Notes under the pieces: model-generated
Seen by the model: only the letters and a program-made list of their open reading frames with translations
Told to the model about the DNA's origin: nothing
Database searches by the model: none
Position numbers and translations under genes: made by a program
Assembly (NCBI RefSeq): GCF_003334785.1
Contig: NZ_QOWV01000014.1
Strand: one strand, 5' to 3'
DNA: 64,000 nt
From: Escherichia coli
GTDB taxonomy: Bacteria; Pseudomonadota; Gammaproteobacteria; Enterobacterales; Enterobacteriaceae
Shown here: positions 36,559-48,593 of the stretch, in pieces
Position numbering within the stretch: position 1 is the stretch's first letter
Layout: each line of letters begins with the position of its first letter

Positions 36559-36704
36559 TATATAACTACAGACAGCTACTATAACTTTCATCTATTTATT
36601 CACAGCGCGAATGAAAAATAAAACACTCTGCTTTACAGTGTTTACTTTATAATTAACAGACTTATCTCACTGATCACCCTGTAACGTTCAGAGAGCGTCT
36701 TCAG

Positions 36705-37925
36705 ATGTCTATTTATAAAATTCCTCTTCCGCTCAATATTCTGGAAGCTGCACGAGAGCGTATTACCTGGACACTCAACACCCTACCCCGCGTTTGTGTC
36801 TCATTTTCTGGCGGCAAAGACTCTGGTTTAATGCTGCATCTGACAGCCGAACTTGCCCGACAAATGGGCAAAAAAATCTGCGTTTTGTTTATCGACTGGG
36901 AGGCGCAATTCTCTTGCACCATTAACTATGTTCAGTCCCTGCGCGAGTTGTACACCGATGTCATCGAAGAGTTTTACTGGGTTGCGCTCCCGCTTACGAC
37001 GCAAAATTCCCTTTCACAATACCAACCCGAATGGCAGTGCTGGGAACCTGATGTCGAATGGGTACGTCAACCTCCCCAAGATGCGATAACCGACCCTGAC
37101 TTTTTCTCCTTTTACCAGCCAGGCATGACCTTCGAACAATTTGTACGTGAGTTTGCCGAATGGTTTTCACAAAAACGTCCGGCGGCGATGATGATCGGCA
37201 TCCGTGCGGATGAGTCCTACAACCGTTTTGTCGCCATCGCCAGTTTAAATAAACAACGTTTTGCCGACGATAAACCCTGGACTACGGCCGCACCAGGCGG
37301 TCATAGCTGGTACATTTACCCCATTTACGACTGGAAAGTGGCTGATATCTGGACCTGGTATGCAAATCATCAAAGTCTCTGCAACCCACTGTATAACCTA
37401 ATGTATCAGGCAGGCGTTCCTCTGCGTCATATGCGAATTTGCGAACCTTTTGGCCCGGAGCAACGACAAGGATTATGGCTCTATCACGTTATCGAACCGG
37501 ATCGCTGGGCTGCTATGTGCGCACGAGTCAGCGGGGTAAAAAGTGGCGGCATTTACGCCGGACATGACAATCATTTCTATGGGCATCGGAAAATCCTCAA
37601 GCCAGAACATTTAGACTGGCAAGAATATGCATTATTGCTGCTCAATAGCATGCCGGAAAAAACAGCTGAGCATTACCGCAATAAAATCGCCATTTATTTG
37701 CACTGGTATCAGAAAAAAGGCATCGAGGTTCCACAAACCCAGCAAGGGGACATTGGCGCGAAAGATATCCCCTCCTGGCGGCGGATATGCAAAGTTTTAC
37801 TCAATAACGATTACTGGTGTCGGGCATTATCATTTAGCCCCACAAAATCGAAGAACTATCAGCGTTATAACGAACGGATAAAAGGAAAACGTCAGGAATG
37901 GGGGATACTATGCAACAACGATTAA
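36705..37925 (+). CDS. ybdN: PP-loop ATP pyrophosphatase (PAPS-reductase-like) YbdN
   Basis: 406-aa ORF with PP-loop motif SGGKDSG near N-terminus. Confidence 0.88.
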   Translation: MSIYKIPLPLNILEAARERITWTLNTLPRVCVSFSGGKDSGLMLHLTAELARQMGKKICVLFIDWEAQFSCTINYVQSLRELYTDVIEEFYWVALPLTTQNSLSQYQPEWQCWEPDVEWVRQPPQDAITDPDFFSFYQPGMTFEQFVREFAEWFSQKRPAAMMIGIRADESYNRFVAIASLNKQRFADDKPWTTAAPGGHSWYIYPIYDWKVADIWTWYANHQSLCNPLYNLMYQAGVPLRHMRICEPFGPEQRQGLWLYHVIEPDRWAAMCARVSGVKSGGIYAGHDNHFYGHRKILKPEHLDWQEYALLLLNSMPEKTAEHYRNKIAIYLHWYQKKGIEVPQTQQGDIGAKDIPSWRRICKVLLNNDYWCRALSFSPTKSKNYQRYNERIKGKRQEWGILCNND

Positions 37926-38527
37926 CGCAGGATTTAACGCAATTTCTCGCCAGCTTGCCGGAAGATGATCGCATCAAAGCGATTAATGAAATCCGCATGG
38001 CGATCCATCAGGTTAGCCCCTTTCGTGAAGAGCCAGTGGATTGCGTTCTGTGGGTTAAAAACAGCCAACTTATGCCTAATGATTACAACCCAAACAACGT
38101 GGCACCACCCGAAAAAAAACTGCTGCAAAAATCCATTGAAATAGATGGTTTTACCCAACCCATTGTGGTCACACATACGGATAAAAATGCCATGGAAATC
38201 GTGGATGGTTTTCACCGCCATGAAATTGGTAAAGGCTCATCATCATTAAAATTACGCTTAAAAGGTTATTTGCCGGTGACCTGTCTGGAAGGTACGCGTA
38301 ATCAACGCATCGCCGCGACTATTCGTCATAATCGCGCTCGTGGACGCCATCAAATCACCGCCATGTCGGAAATCGTCCGTGAACTTAGCCAGTTGGGATG
38401 GGACGATAATAAAATTGGCAAAGAGCTGGGAATGGACAGCGACGAAGTGCTGCGCCTGAAGCAAATTAACGGCCTGCAAGAGTTGTTTGCCGACCGTCAA
38501 TATTCCCGCGCCTGGACGGTTAAATAG
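37898..38527 (+). CDS. ybdM: ParB/sulfiredoxin-like domain protein YbdM
   Basis: 209-aa ORF overlapping ybdN 3' end by 28 nt. Confidence 0.85.
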   Translation: MGDTMQQRLTQDLTQFLASLPEDDRIKAINEIRMAIHQVSPFREEPVDCVLWVKNSQLMPNDYNPNNVAPPEKKLLQKSIEIDGFTQPIVVTHTDKNAMEIVDGFHRHEIGKGSSSLKLRLKGYLPVTCLEGTRNQRIAATIRHNRARGRHQITAMSEIVRELSQLGWDDNKIGKELGMDSDEVLRLKQINGLQELFADRQYSRAWTVK

Positions 38528-39688
38528 CTAAAGCTGGCGCAGGCGTTCAGCTGCTGCCAGCAACGTCGATTCCTTCTTGGCAAAACAGAGACGAATCAGT
38601 TTATGTGGGAAGGGATCGGCGCAAAACACCGACAGCGGAATCGCCGCTACGCCGTGCTCCTGCGTCAGCCACTGGCAAAACTCAACATCATCCAGGGTAG
38701 AAACCGCGCTGTAATCCACCAGCAAAAAGTATGTACCTTCACACGGTAAAATCTCCAGCCGGCTTTCATTTAAAGCATTCACCAGAATATCGCGCTTCTG
38801 GCGATAAAAGTCCGGTAACGCAAGATAATGCTCAGGTTCTGCACGTAGCATATCAGCAAGCGCCAGCTGTGCCGGGGTATTCACCGAAAAGGTCAGATAC
38901 TGATGTACCTTGCGAATTTCGGCGCTGATGGGCGCTGGCGCAACACAATAACCCACTTTCCAGCCGGTCATATGATAGGTCTTGCCAAATGAAGAAACCG
39001 CCACTGCCCGCTCACGCAGCTGCGGATGCGCCAGCACACTGGCATGGCCCTGTTGTGAAAAGTTGATGTGCTCGTAGACTTCATCGCTAATGACAAAAAT
39101 CTCGTGCCCGGCGATCGCCTGCCACAAAGCGGCGAAATCAGCCTGCTGCCAGACAGTTGCACTGGGGTTATGCGGAGTGTTGAGGATCACCAGTCTGGTG
39201 CGCTCGCTTAATAATGCGGCAAATTCCTGCCAGTCAACGCGAAAATGCGGTGGTTGCAGTGCCATACGCTTCACTATTCCCCCAGAAAGCGCGATGGCGG
39301 GGGCGTAACTGTCATAGCTGGGATCAAAACAAATCACTTCATCGCCATTGCGCACCAGTGCGGTAATCGCCGCGTATAACGCTTCCGTCGCCCCTGCCGT
39401 TACGGTGATATCGCTATCGGCATCTGGTTGATAGCCATACAAACGTTCCGTTTTCTGAGCAATCGCCTCGCGCAAGGCCTGCACGCCGGTCATGGGCGCG
39501 TATTGGTTTGCCCCCTGTGCAACGTGGTGCGCCAGCCGCTCCTGTAAATAGCGCGGACCATCAAAATCAGGAAAGCCTTGCGACAGGTTAATCGCCTGGT
39601 GTTGCTGCGCCAGCGCGCTCATCTGGGTGAAAATAGTGGTGCCAAGTTGTGGAAGTTTGCTTTGTGGAATCAGAGGGTTATTTGTCAT
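38528..39688 (-). CDS. ybdL: PLP-dependent methionine aminotransferase YbdL
   Basis: 386-aa class-I aminotransferase ORF (SFGKTYHMTGWKVGY lysine region). Confidence 0.9.
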   Translation of the reverse strand: MTNNPLIPQSKLPQLGTTIFTQMSALAQQHQAINLSQGFPDFDGPRYLQERLAHHVAQGANQYAPMTGVQALREAIAQKTERLYGYQPDADSDITVTAGATEALYAAITALVRNGDEVICFDPSYDSYAPAIALSGGIVKRMALQPPHFRVDWQEFAALLSERTRLVILNTPHNPSATVWQQADFAALWQAIAGHEIFVISDEVYEHINFSQQGHASVLAHPQLRERAVAVSSFGKTYHMTGWKVGYCVAPAPISAEIRKVHQYLTFSVNTPAQLALADMLRAEPEHYLALPDFYRQKRDILVNALNESRLEILPCEGTYFLLVDYSAVSTLDDVEFCQWLTQEHGVAAIPLSVFCADPFPHKLIRLCFAKKESTLLAAAERLRQL

Positions 39689-39796
39689 TTTTATTGTACC
39701 TGACGAAGTTGCGTGTTGAAGGCACTATAACACGATGCTAGTATTTGGCAATCAAGACGTTTAGATGTCTAAATAAAACAATAAGGACAACACAAC

Positions 39797-40885
39797 ATGC
39801 CTCACAATCCTATCCGCGTGGTCGTCGGCCCGGCTAACTACTTTTCACATCCAGGAAGTTTCAATCACCTGCACGATTTTTTCACTGATGAACAACTTTC
39901 TCGCGCGGTGTGGATCTACGGCAAACGCGCCATTGCTGCGGCGCAAACCAAACTTCCGCCAGCGTTTGGACTGCCAGGGGCAAAGCATATTTTGTTTCGC
40001 GGTCATTGCAGCGAAAGCGATGTACAACAACTGGCGGCTGAGTCCGGTGACGACCGCAGCGTGGTGATTGGCGTCGGTGGCGGTGCACTGCTCGACACCG
40101 CGAAAGCCCTCGCCCGCCGTCTCGGTCTGCCGTTTGTTGCCGTTCCGACGATCGCCGCCACCTGCGCCGCCTGGACACCGCTCTCCGTCTGGTATAATGA
40201 TGCCGGACAGGCGCTGCATTATGAGATTTTCGACGACGCCAATTTTATGGTGCTGGTGGAACCGGAGATTATCCTCAATGCACCGCAACAATATCTGCTG
40301 GCGGGGATCGGTGACACGCTGGCGAAATGGTATGAAGCGGTGGTGCTGGCTCCGCAACCAGAAACGTTGCCGCTAACCGTGCGACTGGGGATCAATAATG
40401 CGCAAGCCATTCGCGACGTCTTGTTAAACAGTAGCGAACAGGCGCTGAGCGATCAGCAAAATCAACAGTTAACGCAATCATTTTGCGATGTGGTGGATGC
40501 TATTATTGCTGGTGGTGGGATGGTTGGTGGTCTGGGCGATCGTTTTACGCGTGTGGCGGCAGCTCATGCCGTGCATAACGGTCTGACCGTGCTGCCGCAA
40601 ACCGAGAAGTTTCTCCACGGCACCAAAGTCGCCTACGGAATTCTGGTGCAAAGCGCCTTGCTGGGTCAGGATGATGTGCTGGCGCAATTAACTGGAGCGT
40701 ATCAGCGTTTTCATCTGCCGACTACACTGGCGGAGCTGGAAGTGGATATCAATAATCAGGCGGAGATCGACAAAGTGATTGCCCACACCCTGCGTCCGGT
40801 GGAGTCCATTCATTACCTGCCAGTCACGCTGACACCAGATACGTTGCGTGCAGCGTTCAAAAAAGTGGAATCGTTTAAAGCCTGA
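39797..40885 (+). CDS. ybdH: iron-type hydroxycarboxylate dehydrogenase (HcxA/YbdH)
   Basis: 362-aa ORF resembling glycerol/1,2-propanediol dehydrogenase family. Confidence 0.88.
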   Translation: MPHNPIRVVVGPANYFSHPGSFNHLHDFFTDEQLSRAVWIYGKRAIAAAQTKLPPAFGLPGAKHILFRGHCSESDVQQLAAESGDDRSVVIGVGGGALLDTAKALARRLGLPFVAVPTIAATCAAWTPLSVWYNDAGQALHYEIFDDANFMVLVEPEIILNAPQQYLLAGIGDTLAKWYEAVVLAPQPETLPLTVRLGINNAQAIRDVLLNSSEQALSDQQNQQLTQSFCDVVDAIIAGGGMVGGLGDRFTRVAAAHAVHNGLTVLPQTEKFLHGTKVAYGILVQSALLGQDDVLAQLTGAYQRFHLPTTLAELEVDINNQAEIDKVIAHTLRPVESIHYLPVTLTPDTLRAAFKKVESFKA

Positions 40886-40894
40886 CGTACAAAT

Positions 40895-41092
40895 TTAGCA
40901 GCAGCGCGCGCCGCCTTTTCCACCGTAGCGCGCGTCCTGCCGCTCACGGAAAAACTCTTCGTAGGTCATCGGCGTTTGATCGGGATGGTTAACCCGCATA
41001 TGTTCGACATAGTTGTCGTAATCAGGCATACCAATCATCAGCTTCGCCGCCTGACCTAAATATTTTCCGGCTTTTGCCAGTGAATCAAACAT
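40895..41092 (-). CDS. ybdD: small DUF466-family protein YbdD
   Basis: 65-aa ORF downstream of cstA on the same strand. Confidence 0.85.
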   Translation of the reverse strand: MFDSLAKAGKYLGQAAKLMIGMPDYDNYVEHMRVNHPDQTPMTYEEFFRERQDARYGGKGGARCC

Positions 41093-41124
41093 CTTGGCCT
41101 CCGCTAACCATGTTGCTGAAAGAG

Positions 41125-41162
41125 TGCCGGATGCGGCGTGAACGCCTTATCCGGCCTACAAA
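41125..41162. repeat. REP (repetitive extragenic palindrome) unit
   Basis: tgccggatgcggcgtgaacgccttatccggcctacaaa; identical 38-mer recurs at 63059..63096. Confidence 0.85.
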
Positions 41163-41167
41163 TGCTA

Positions 41168-41272
41168 TCAACGCGCTCGGTCAGTCCCCTCGCCCCACCG
41201 GGGAGAGGGTTAGGGTGAGAGGGAACCCTGGGCACTAAGCCAACATTCGCCAACATCCCCCCCTCACTCTGA
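41168..41272. repeat. GC-rich inverted-repeat element between ybdD and cstA
   Basis: gtcccctcgccccaccggggagagggttagggtgag matches the reverse complement of 48661..48698 at about 36 of 40 positions; internally self-complementary. Confidence 0.6.
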
Positions 41273-41274
41273 CT

Positions 41275-43380
41275 TTAGTGTGCGCCTTTTGCCTGCGCCA
41301 CGATCTCCTCGACATTTTCCGGCATTGGTTCATACGGCGTTTCTTTCGCCGTTGGCTTCGGATCTTTCAATGCCGCAAGTGCCGTCTTAATCGAGAACAG
41401 TGCCAGAACCACCACGACCACCATAAAGAAGATGGTTAACCCGGCATCCAGACGGTTGTTGAACACCAGTTGCGCCAGCTGTGACTCAGTATACTGCGAC
41501 GGAATATTGCCGCTGTCGATCATTGCCTGGAACTTATTAGCAATGGCCAGGAAGCCGACTTTCGCATCCGGGCTAAACGCTTTCTGCCAGCCTGCGGTCA
41601 GGGTACAAATCAGCAGCCAGGCCGTTGGTACCAGCGCCACCCAGGCGTAACGTTGACGTTTCATCTTGAACAACACCACGGCACAGAGCATCAGCGCCAT
41701 CCCTGCCAGCATCTGGTTGGCAATACCAAACAGCGGCCACAGAGTGTTAATGCCGCCCAGCGGATCGACCACGCCCTGATGGAGGAAGTAGCCCCACGCC
41801 AGTACGCACAGCGCTGTTGCCAGCAGGTTAGCAGGCAGTGAATCGGTCCGCTTCAGGCCAGGAGACACCACGCCCAGCAGATCCTGCAACATAAAGCGCG
41901 CAGCACGCGTACCTGCATCCACCGCCGTCAGAATAAACAGTGCTTCAAACAAAATGGCGAAGTGATACCAGAACGCCACATCCATCATGCCGCCCAGCGC
42001 GCCGTGCAGAATGTAGGCCATCCCCACCGCCAGCGTCGGCGCACCGCCCGCACGGGAAATGATCGACTGTTCACCCACTTCGCTGGCAATCTGGTTTAGC
42101 GTATCTGGTGTAATGCTAAAGCCCCAGCTACTCACCACCTGCGCGGCAGAAGCGACCACATCCGCCGTCCCTGCCGGAGCCAGCACCGCCATCGGGCTGT
42201 TCATGGCAAAATACACGCCCGGATCGATGATACAGGCGGAAACCAGCGCCATAATCGCCACGAAGGATTCCATTAACATCCCACCGTAGCCGATAAAGCA
42301 CGCCTGCCCTTCGTTCGCCAGCATCTTCGGCGTGGTCCCAGAAGAGATCAGCGCATGGAAGCCAGACACCGCGCCACAGGCGATGGTGATAAACAGGAAC
42401 GGGAACAGGTTACCGGTCCATACCGGGCCAGTGCCATCGACAAATTTGGTCAGCGCAGGCATGGTCAGCGTCGGGCGCATAATCAAAATGCCTACCGCCA
42501 GACCGACGATAGTCCCGATTTTCAGGAAGGTAGAGAGGTAGTCACGCGGGGCCAGCAGTAACCACACCGGCAGCACCGCCGCCACAAAACCGTAACCCAC
42601 CAGCATCCAGGTCAACTGCACGCCGGTAAAGTCAAAGTACGGTGCCCAGGTCGGACTTTCTGCCACCCAGCCGCCAGAGATAATGGCGAAAATCAGGAAT
42701 ACCAGACCGATGACCGACACTTCGCCAATACGCCCCGGACGCAGATAGCGCAGGTAGATCCCCATAAACAGCGCCAGCGGAATGGTGAACGCAACGGTAT
42801 ATGTTCCCCACGGGCTATGAGTCAGGGCTTTCACCACGATCATCGCCAGCACTGCAAGGATAATGACCATGATCATAAAGCAGGCCACCAGCGCAATCAC
42901 CCCGGCGGTTGGCCCCATCTCTTCTTTGACCAGCTCACCCAGCGAGCGACCGTCACGGCGCGTAGAAACAAACAGCACCATGAAATCCTGCACCGCACCG
43001 GCGAGAACCACCCCAGCGAGCAGCCAGATCATCCCCGGCAGGTAGCCCATTTGCGCCGCCAGTACCGGCCCCACCAGCGGACCTGCTCCGGCAATGGCCG
43101 CAAAATGGTGACCGAACAGCACTTTCTTGTCCGTCGGCACATAGTCCAGCCCGTCGTTATGGCGCACCGCTGGCGTCATACGCGTCGGGTCAACCGCCAG
43201 CACATTTTTGGCGATATACAGCCCATAAAAACGGTAAGCGATCAGATAGATACAGACCGACGCCACCACAATCCACAGCGCGTTGATCTGTTCCCCACGA
43301 TTTAAAGCAATGTATCCCAGAGCAAATGCTCCCATTACAGAGAGCACTGTCCAGACGAGGTATTTCCCTGATTTGTTCAT
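41275..43380 (-). CDS. cstA: carbon starvation protein A (peptide/pyruvate transporter)
   Basis: 701-aa polytopic membrane ORF. Confidence 0.93.
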   Translation of the reverse strand: MNKSGKYLVWTVLSVMGAFALGYIALNRGEQINALWIVVASVCIYLIAYRFYGLYIAKNVLAVDPTRMTPAVRHNDGLDYVPTDKKVLFGHHFAAIAGAGPLVGPVLAAQMGYLPGMIWLLAGVVLAGAVQDFMVLFVSTRRDGRSLGELVKEEMGPTAGVIALVACFMIMVIILAVLAMIVVKALTHSPWGTYTVAFTIPLALFMGIYLRYLRPGRIGEVSVIGLVFLIFAIISGGWVAESPTWAPYFDFTGVQLTWMLVGYGFVAAVLPVWLLLAPRDYLSTFLKIGTIVGLAVGILIMRPTLTMPALTKFVDGTGPVWTGNLFPFLFITIACGAVSGFHALISSGTTPKMLANEGQACFIGYGGMLMESFVAIMALVSACIIDPGVYFAMNSPMAVLAPAGTADVVASAAQVVSSWGFSITPDTLNQIASEVGEQSIISRAGGAPTLAVGMAYILHGALGGMMDVAFWYHFAILFEALFILTAVDAGTRAARFMLQDLLGVVSPGLKRTDSLPANLLATALCVLAWGYFLHQGVVDPLGGINTLWPLFGIANQMLAGMALMLCAVVLFKMKRQRYAWVALVPTAWLLICTLTAGWQKAFSPDAKVGFLAIANKFQAMIDSGNIPSQYTESQLAQLVFNNRLDAGLTIFFMVVVVVLALFSIKTALAALKDPKPTAKETPYEPMPENVEEIVAQAKGAH

Positions 43381-43500
43381 AGTTGTTATCCGTGTGCGTG
43401 TCCATAGAGATGTTACATTTTGTTTCTATAACATCTTTGTACAATTTAACAACACAGCAACCATGTAAATCGGAGTTGAAACCAATATTTAACTTAACAA

Positions 43501-43516
43501 TGTTAACTCGATCACT
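43501..43516. promoter_or_regulatory. CRP-like half-site pair upstream of cstA
   Basis: tgttaactcgatcact resembles TGTGA-N6-TCACA, about 120 nt upstream of cstA start; overlaps a hairpin, so ambiguous. Confidence 0.3.
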
Positions 43517-43560
43517 CCGTTAACCGAGTTTTCCTGCAATCTCATCTAATTCTGTCGGGT

Positions 43561-44722
<1,162 letters not shown>

Positions 44723-44723
<1 letters not shown>

Positions 44724-45580
44724 TATTTCACCTCGCGGGAGAGTAGCTTCCACCAGGCGTCGATGGTCGGGTTTTTCGCCAGCATGACAAAGTCGATATC
44801 ACCATGCACTTTGCGCCAGCGCGCCGCCAGCGCCATCATGCGCACCGAATCCAGACCGTAGTCGATCAGGTTGTCGTCATCGAACGGTTCATCGGACTCG
44901 TCCAGCAACGGCAGGATCACCTCACGCAGCGCCGCTTTGCTGGCGGGGATAGGTGCTGGCAGTAATTCTTCAGTCATCACCACCCGGCCAGAACGTCCGG
45001 CCACATATTTCAGCGACATCAAATGCTCGTCACGGCTGAAATCGGCCAGCGCATCCGCCACCATAAACGGTTTAATATCGCGCATAAATGCGTCGGTTGC
45101 GGTGGTCATACAGCCAATGTGGGCATATACCCCGGTAATAATCAGCTGGTTACGTCCACTCTCTTTCAGCATTTGCTCCAGCGGAGAACGATGAAACGCG
45201 CTGTAGCGCCACTTCACCAGCACCGTGTCGTCGGCATCTGGCGTCAGGCGATCCACCACCTTTTGCTGTTCCGGCGAGCGGGTCAGGCCCGGCCCCCACA
45301 TATCATTCAACAGCGCCCGATCTTCATCGCTCTGCTCTTTCGGCTGGGCGGTGTAATAAACCGGGATATTGTGCTGTTTGCAGTAGTCGCGCAGCGCAGC
45401 AATATTCGCGATCACCTGCTCCATCATCGGGCAGTTCTCGCCCCAGAAGCTGACAAAATAGTCCTGCATATCATGGATTAACAACGCGGCACGTTGCGGT
45501 TCAAAGGCCCAGTCAACTTTATTCTGCGGAATATCGTGAGACTCCGGCAGTGCGTAAGCCTGTAATTTTGGAATAGCCAT
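44723..45580 (-). CDS. entB: isochorismatase / aryl carrier protein
   Basis: 285-aa ORF; isochorismatase domain plus C-terminal carrier domain (GLDSVRMMAL). Confidence 0.94.
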
Positions 45581-45593
45581 CGTGTTCTCTCCT

Positions 45594-47204
45594 TCAGGCT
45601 GATGCGCGTGACGCCAGCCACTGACGTAATTGTTTTTTATCGACTTTCCCGACCGCCGTCAGCGGAAGTGAATCCACACACTCCACGCGATCCGGTAATT
45701 TAAATTCGGCAATACCCTGTTCACGCAGGAAACGACGCACCTGCACCGCGCGCAGCGGCTCTTTTACCACCAGATAAGCGCAGCTTTTTTCGCCCATCAG
45801 CTCATCTTCCATGCTCACCAGTGCGGCGTAGATCACCGCCGGGTGGCGCAGCAGCAGGTTTTCGATCTCTTCGGCAGCGATCTTCTCGCCGCCACGGTTA
45901 ATCTGATCTTTCTCGCGCCCCTGCACGGTGATGTAACCCTCTGGATCAATAGAGATCAGATCGCCGGAACAGTAAAAACCGTTGGCATCAAAGGCGCTGG
46001 CATTGTGCTGTGGACTTTTGTAATAGCCGCGGAAGGTGTACGGCCCGCGCGTCATCAGGCGTCCGACTTCCCCTTGCGGCAGTGGATTTCCTTCGGCATC
46101 GGCAACCCATACTTCGTCATCCGGACACATTGGGTAACCCTGGGTATGGATAATTTTCTCCGCGCTATCATCAAGTCGGGTGTAGTTCACCAGCCCTTCC
46201 GCCATGCCAAACACCTGCTGCAACTGACAGCCAATCTCAGCGGGAATACGCGCCGCAAGGGTGGCAGAAAGACGTGCGCCGCCGACCTGTAACAGTTTCA
46301 GCGAGGCAAGCTGCGCCCGGCTTTCGCCTTCGATCAGCGCCTGCAACCACAGGCTGACTGCGGGTGGCACCAGCGCGGTAACGTTAACCTGATGTTTTTC
46401 AATCAATGGGAAACAGAGCGTGGCGCTGGGATCGGCCGCCAGAACAACCGTTCCTCCGGCAAGAAAGACGCCCAGCGATCCTGGCGAACTCATGGCGTAG
46501 TTATGAGCCGCCGGGATCGCGCACAGGTAGCGTGTCTGTTGTGTGAACTGACAAATCTCGACGCTACGACGCACGCTGTAGTAGTAGTCGTTATGAGTGC
46601 GCGGGATCAGTTTCGGTGTGCCGGTGGTGCCACCGGAAAGCTGGAAATAGGCCACTTCATCAGCAGGTGATGGCGTGGCAGTAAAATCCTCAGCCGGATG
46701 GTTAATCGCATCCTGCAAGTTATGCTCACCGCTGTCGTTGAGCAGTTGCACCACGCGAATGGAGGAATGTTCTGTGACGAAAGTATTGAGGAAATCATCC
46801 CCGCTAAACAGCGCATGTTGGCGATCGGCAATCAGCAATGCGGGTTCAATCTGGCTGGCATAGGCGTTCAGTTCACTACGCTGATGGCTGAACAACGCCA
46901 GCACCGGCGCAACGCCCAGTTTCAGCAGCGCGAAAAAGGTAATATACAATTCAGCGACGTTACCCAGTTGTACCAGCGCGGTTTCACCAGGTTTAATGCC
47001 CTGACGGCGTAAACTACACGCGAGGTTATCCGCCGCCTGATTCAGCTCCCGATAACTCAACTGTCGCTCGCCGTCGATAACCGCGATGCTGTCACTCGCA
47101 GCATGTCGCGTCAGAATGTCGGTCAGCGGCAAATCCTGCCAGTAGCCTTTTTCCCGATAGCGACGGGCAAACTCTTCCGGCCAGCGGGTGAATGGAATGC
47201 TCAT
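45594..47204 (-). CDS. entE: 2,3-dihydroxybenzoate-AMP ligase
   Basis: 536-aa adenylate-forming-enzyme ORF (SGGTTGTPK motif). Confidence 0.94.
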   Translation of the reverse strand: MSIPFTRWPEEFARRYREKGYWQDLPLTDILTRHAASDSIAVIDGERQLSYRELNQAADNLACSLRRQGIKPGETALVQLGNVAELYITFFALLKLGVAPVLALFSHQRSELNAYASQIEPALLIADRQHALFSGDDFLNTFVTEHSSIRVVQLLNDSGEHNLQDAINHPAEDFTATPSPADEVAYFQLSGGTTGTPKLIPRTHNDYYYSVRRSVEICQFTQQTRYLCAIPAAHNYAMSSPGSLGVFLAGGTVVLAADPSATLCFPLIEKHQVNVTALVPPAVSLWLQALIEGESRAQLASLKLLQVGGARLSATLAARIPAEIGCQLQQVFGMAEGLVNYTRLDDSAEKIIHTQGYPMCPDDEVWVADAEGNPLPQGEVGRLMTRGPYTFRGYYKSPQHNASAFDANGFYCSGDLISIDPEGYITVQGREKDQINRGGEKIAAEEIENLLLRHPAVIYAALVSMEDELMGEKSCAYLVVKEPLRAVQVRRFLREQGIAEFKLPDRVECVDSLPLTAVGKVDKKQLRQWLASRASA

Positions 47205-47213
47205 CCTCGCTCC

Positions 47214-48389
47214 TTAATGCAATCCAAAAACGTTCAACATGGTAGAAAGTTTGACGCCTGTTTCGCGCCACTCACCCAACGGTGACGACGCAGGCACAAT
47301 CCCCGCTCCGGCAAACAGACGCACCTGATTTTCCCGCAGCTTCGCGCAGCGGATGGTCACCACCCATTCGCCGTTACCTTCGCTGTCACACCAACCCACA
47401 ATGCCGCCAAACAGTTCGCGGTCGAACGGTTCCAGTTCAGCAATAACCTGGGTCGCGGCCTGATGCGGGAAACCGCTCAGCGCGGGGGTCGGATGCAGCA
47501 GACAGGCCAGAGTCAGTGCGTTTTCTTGCGAATTCGCTTTACCTTCAAAGGGAGTTGCGAGATGCCACAGCGTCGGCGTGGTGATCAGCTGTGGAGAAGA
47601 AGGAACGTGTAACTCACTACTGCGTTCGCGCAGTACCTCTTTCATCGCCTGAGTCACCAGTTCATGTTCATGGCGATCTTTTTCTGACGCCAGCAGACGA
47701 TTACCTGCTTCGCGATCGAGCACTTCATCCGGCTGACGACGCGCGGAACCGGCTAACGGAATGGAGCTAAAACGCTCGCCGTCTTTACGTAGCAGCAGTT
47801 CCGGGCTGGCCCCCAGCAGGACGCCACCATCAGCCAGCGGAACATGGAAGTTGTAACTAACCGGGTTTTGCGCAATCAACCGTTCCAGCAATACGCCACT
47901 ATCAATGGCGGCGTCAGTGGTGATATCAATCAACCGTGACAACACCACTTTGTCGACCTGCGGCGTGGCGGTAAGTGCGGCGGCGCGGGCAACCATCTGT
48001 TCAAACGTGGTTTGCTCCGGAATTGCCTGGCGTTCCACCACATTCAGCGACTGGCTGCGGGTGAAACGGCGTGCGGAAGCTTGTTTTTCCTGACGGGAGA
48101 ACGACTGCCAGGATTCAGGAATATACAGCGACGAAGGCTGACGTGGATCGAAGGGAATCGCCCCGACCATCACCGGATTTTTGATGCCCTGCGCTTTGGC
48201 ATCGGCAAACAGCGCGGCGAGTTTTTGCTGGAAGGGACTGTCGGGCGAATCCCCGTTCACAGCCGGTTCATCGAAGCGGGCGAAACATCCTGACGTCGTA
48301 AAACTGCGGTACGGCGACATAAAGAAAAAGCGATTGGGCGCAAGTGTTGCCATGGTCTGCTGTACTTCCTCAGCCAGTGACGTATCCAT
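47214..48389 (-). CDS. entC: isochorismate synthase
   Basis: ORF 47214..48401; start at [11 protein letters not shown]... (391 aa). Confidence 0.93.
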
Positions 48390-48399
48390 ATCATCCTCC

Positions 48400-48445
48400 A
48401 CAAAATGATAAAGGCTTTAATAATGATTATCATTTATATTTTCGG
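48400..48445. promoter_or_regulatory. Fur box in the divergent entC / fepB control region
   Basis: ataatgattatcattt, near-palindromic match to GATAATGATAATCATTATC, just upstream of entC start. Confidence 0.7.
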
Positions 48446-48593
48446 TCGCTAACCTAAAAGCAAACGCGCACTATGTCAACTCTTGAGGTAACGCAATCTG
48501 CAACTCGGGGTTGCATCTGGTTGTGGTTACAATGAAAATGAGAAGCATTATTGATGGATTCGCATAAGCGCAATGTGATGTCCTGCGCCGTTC

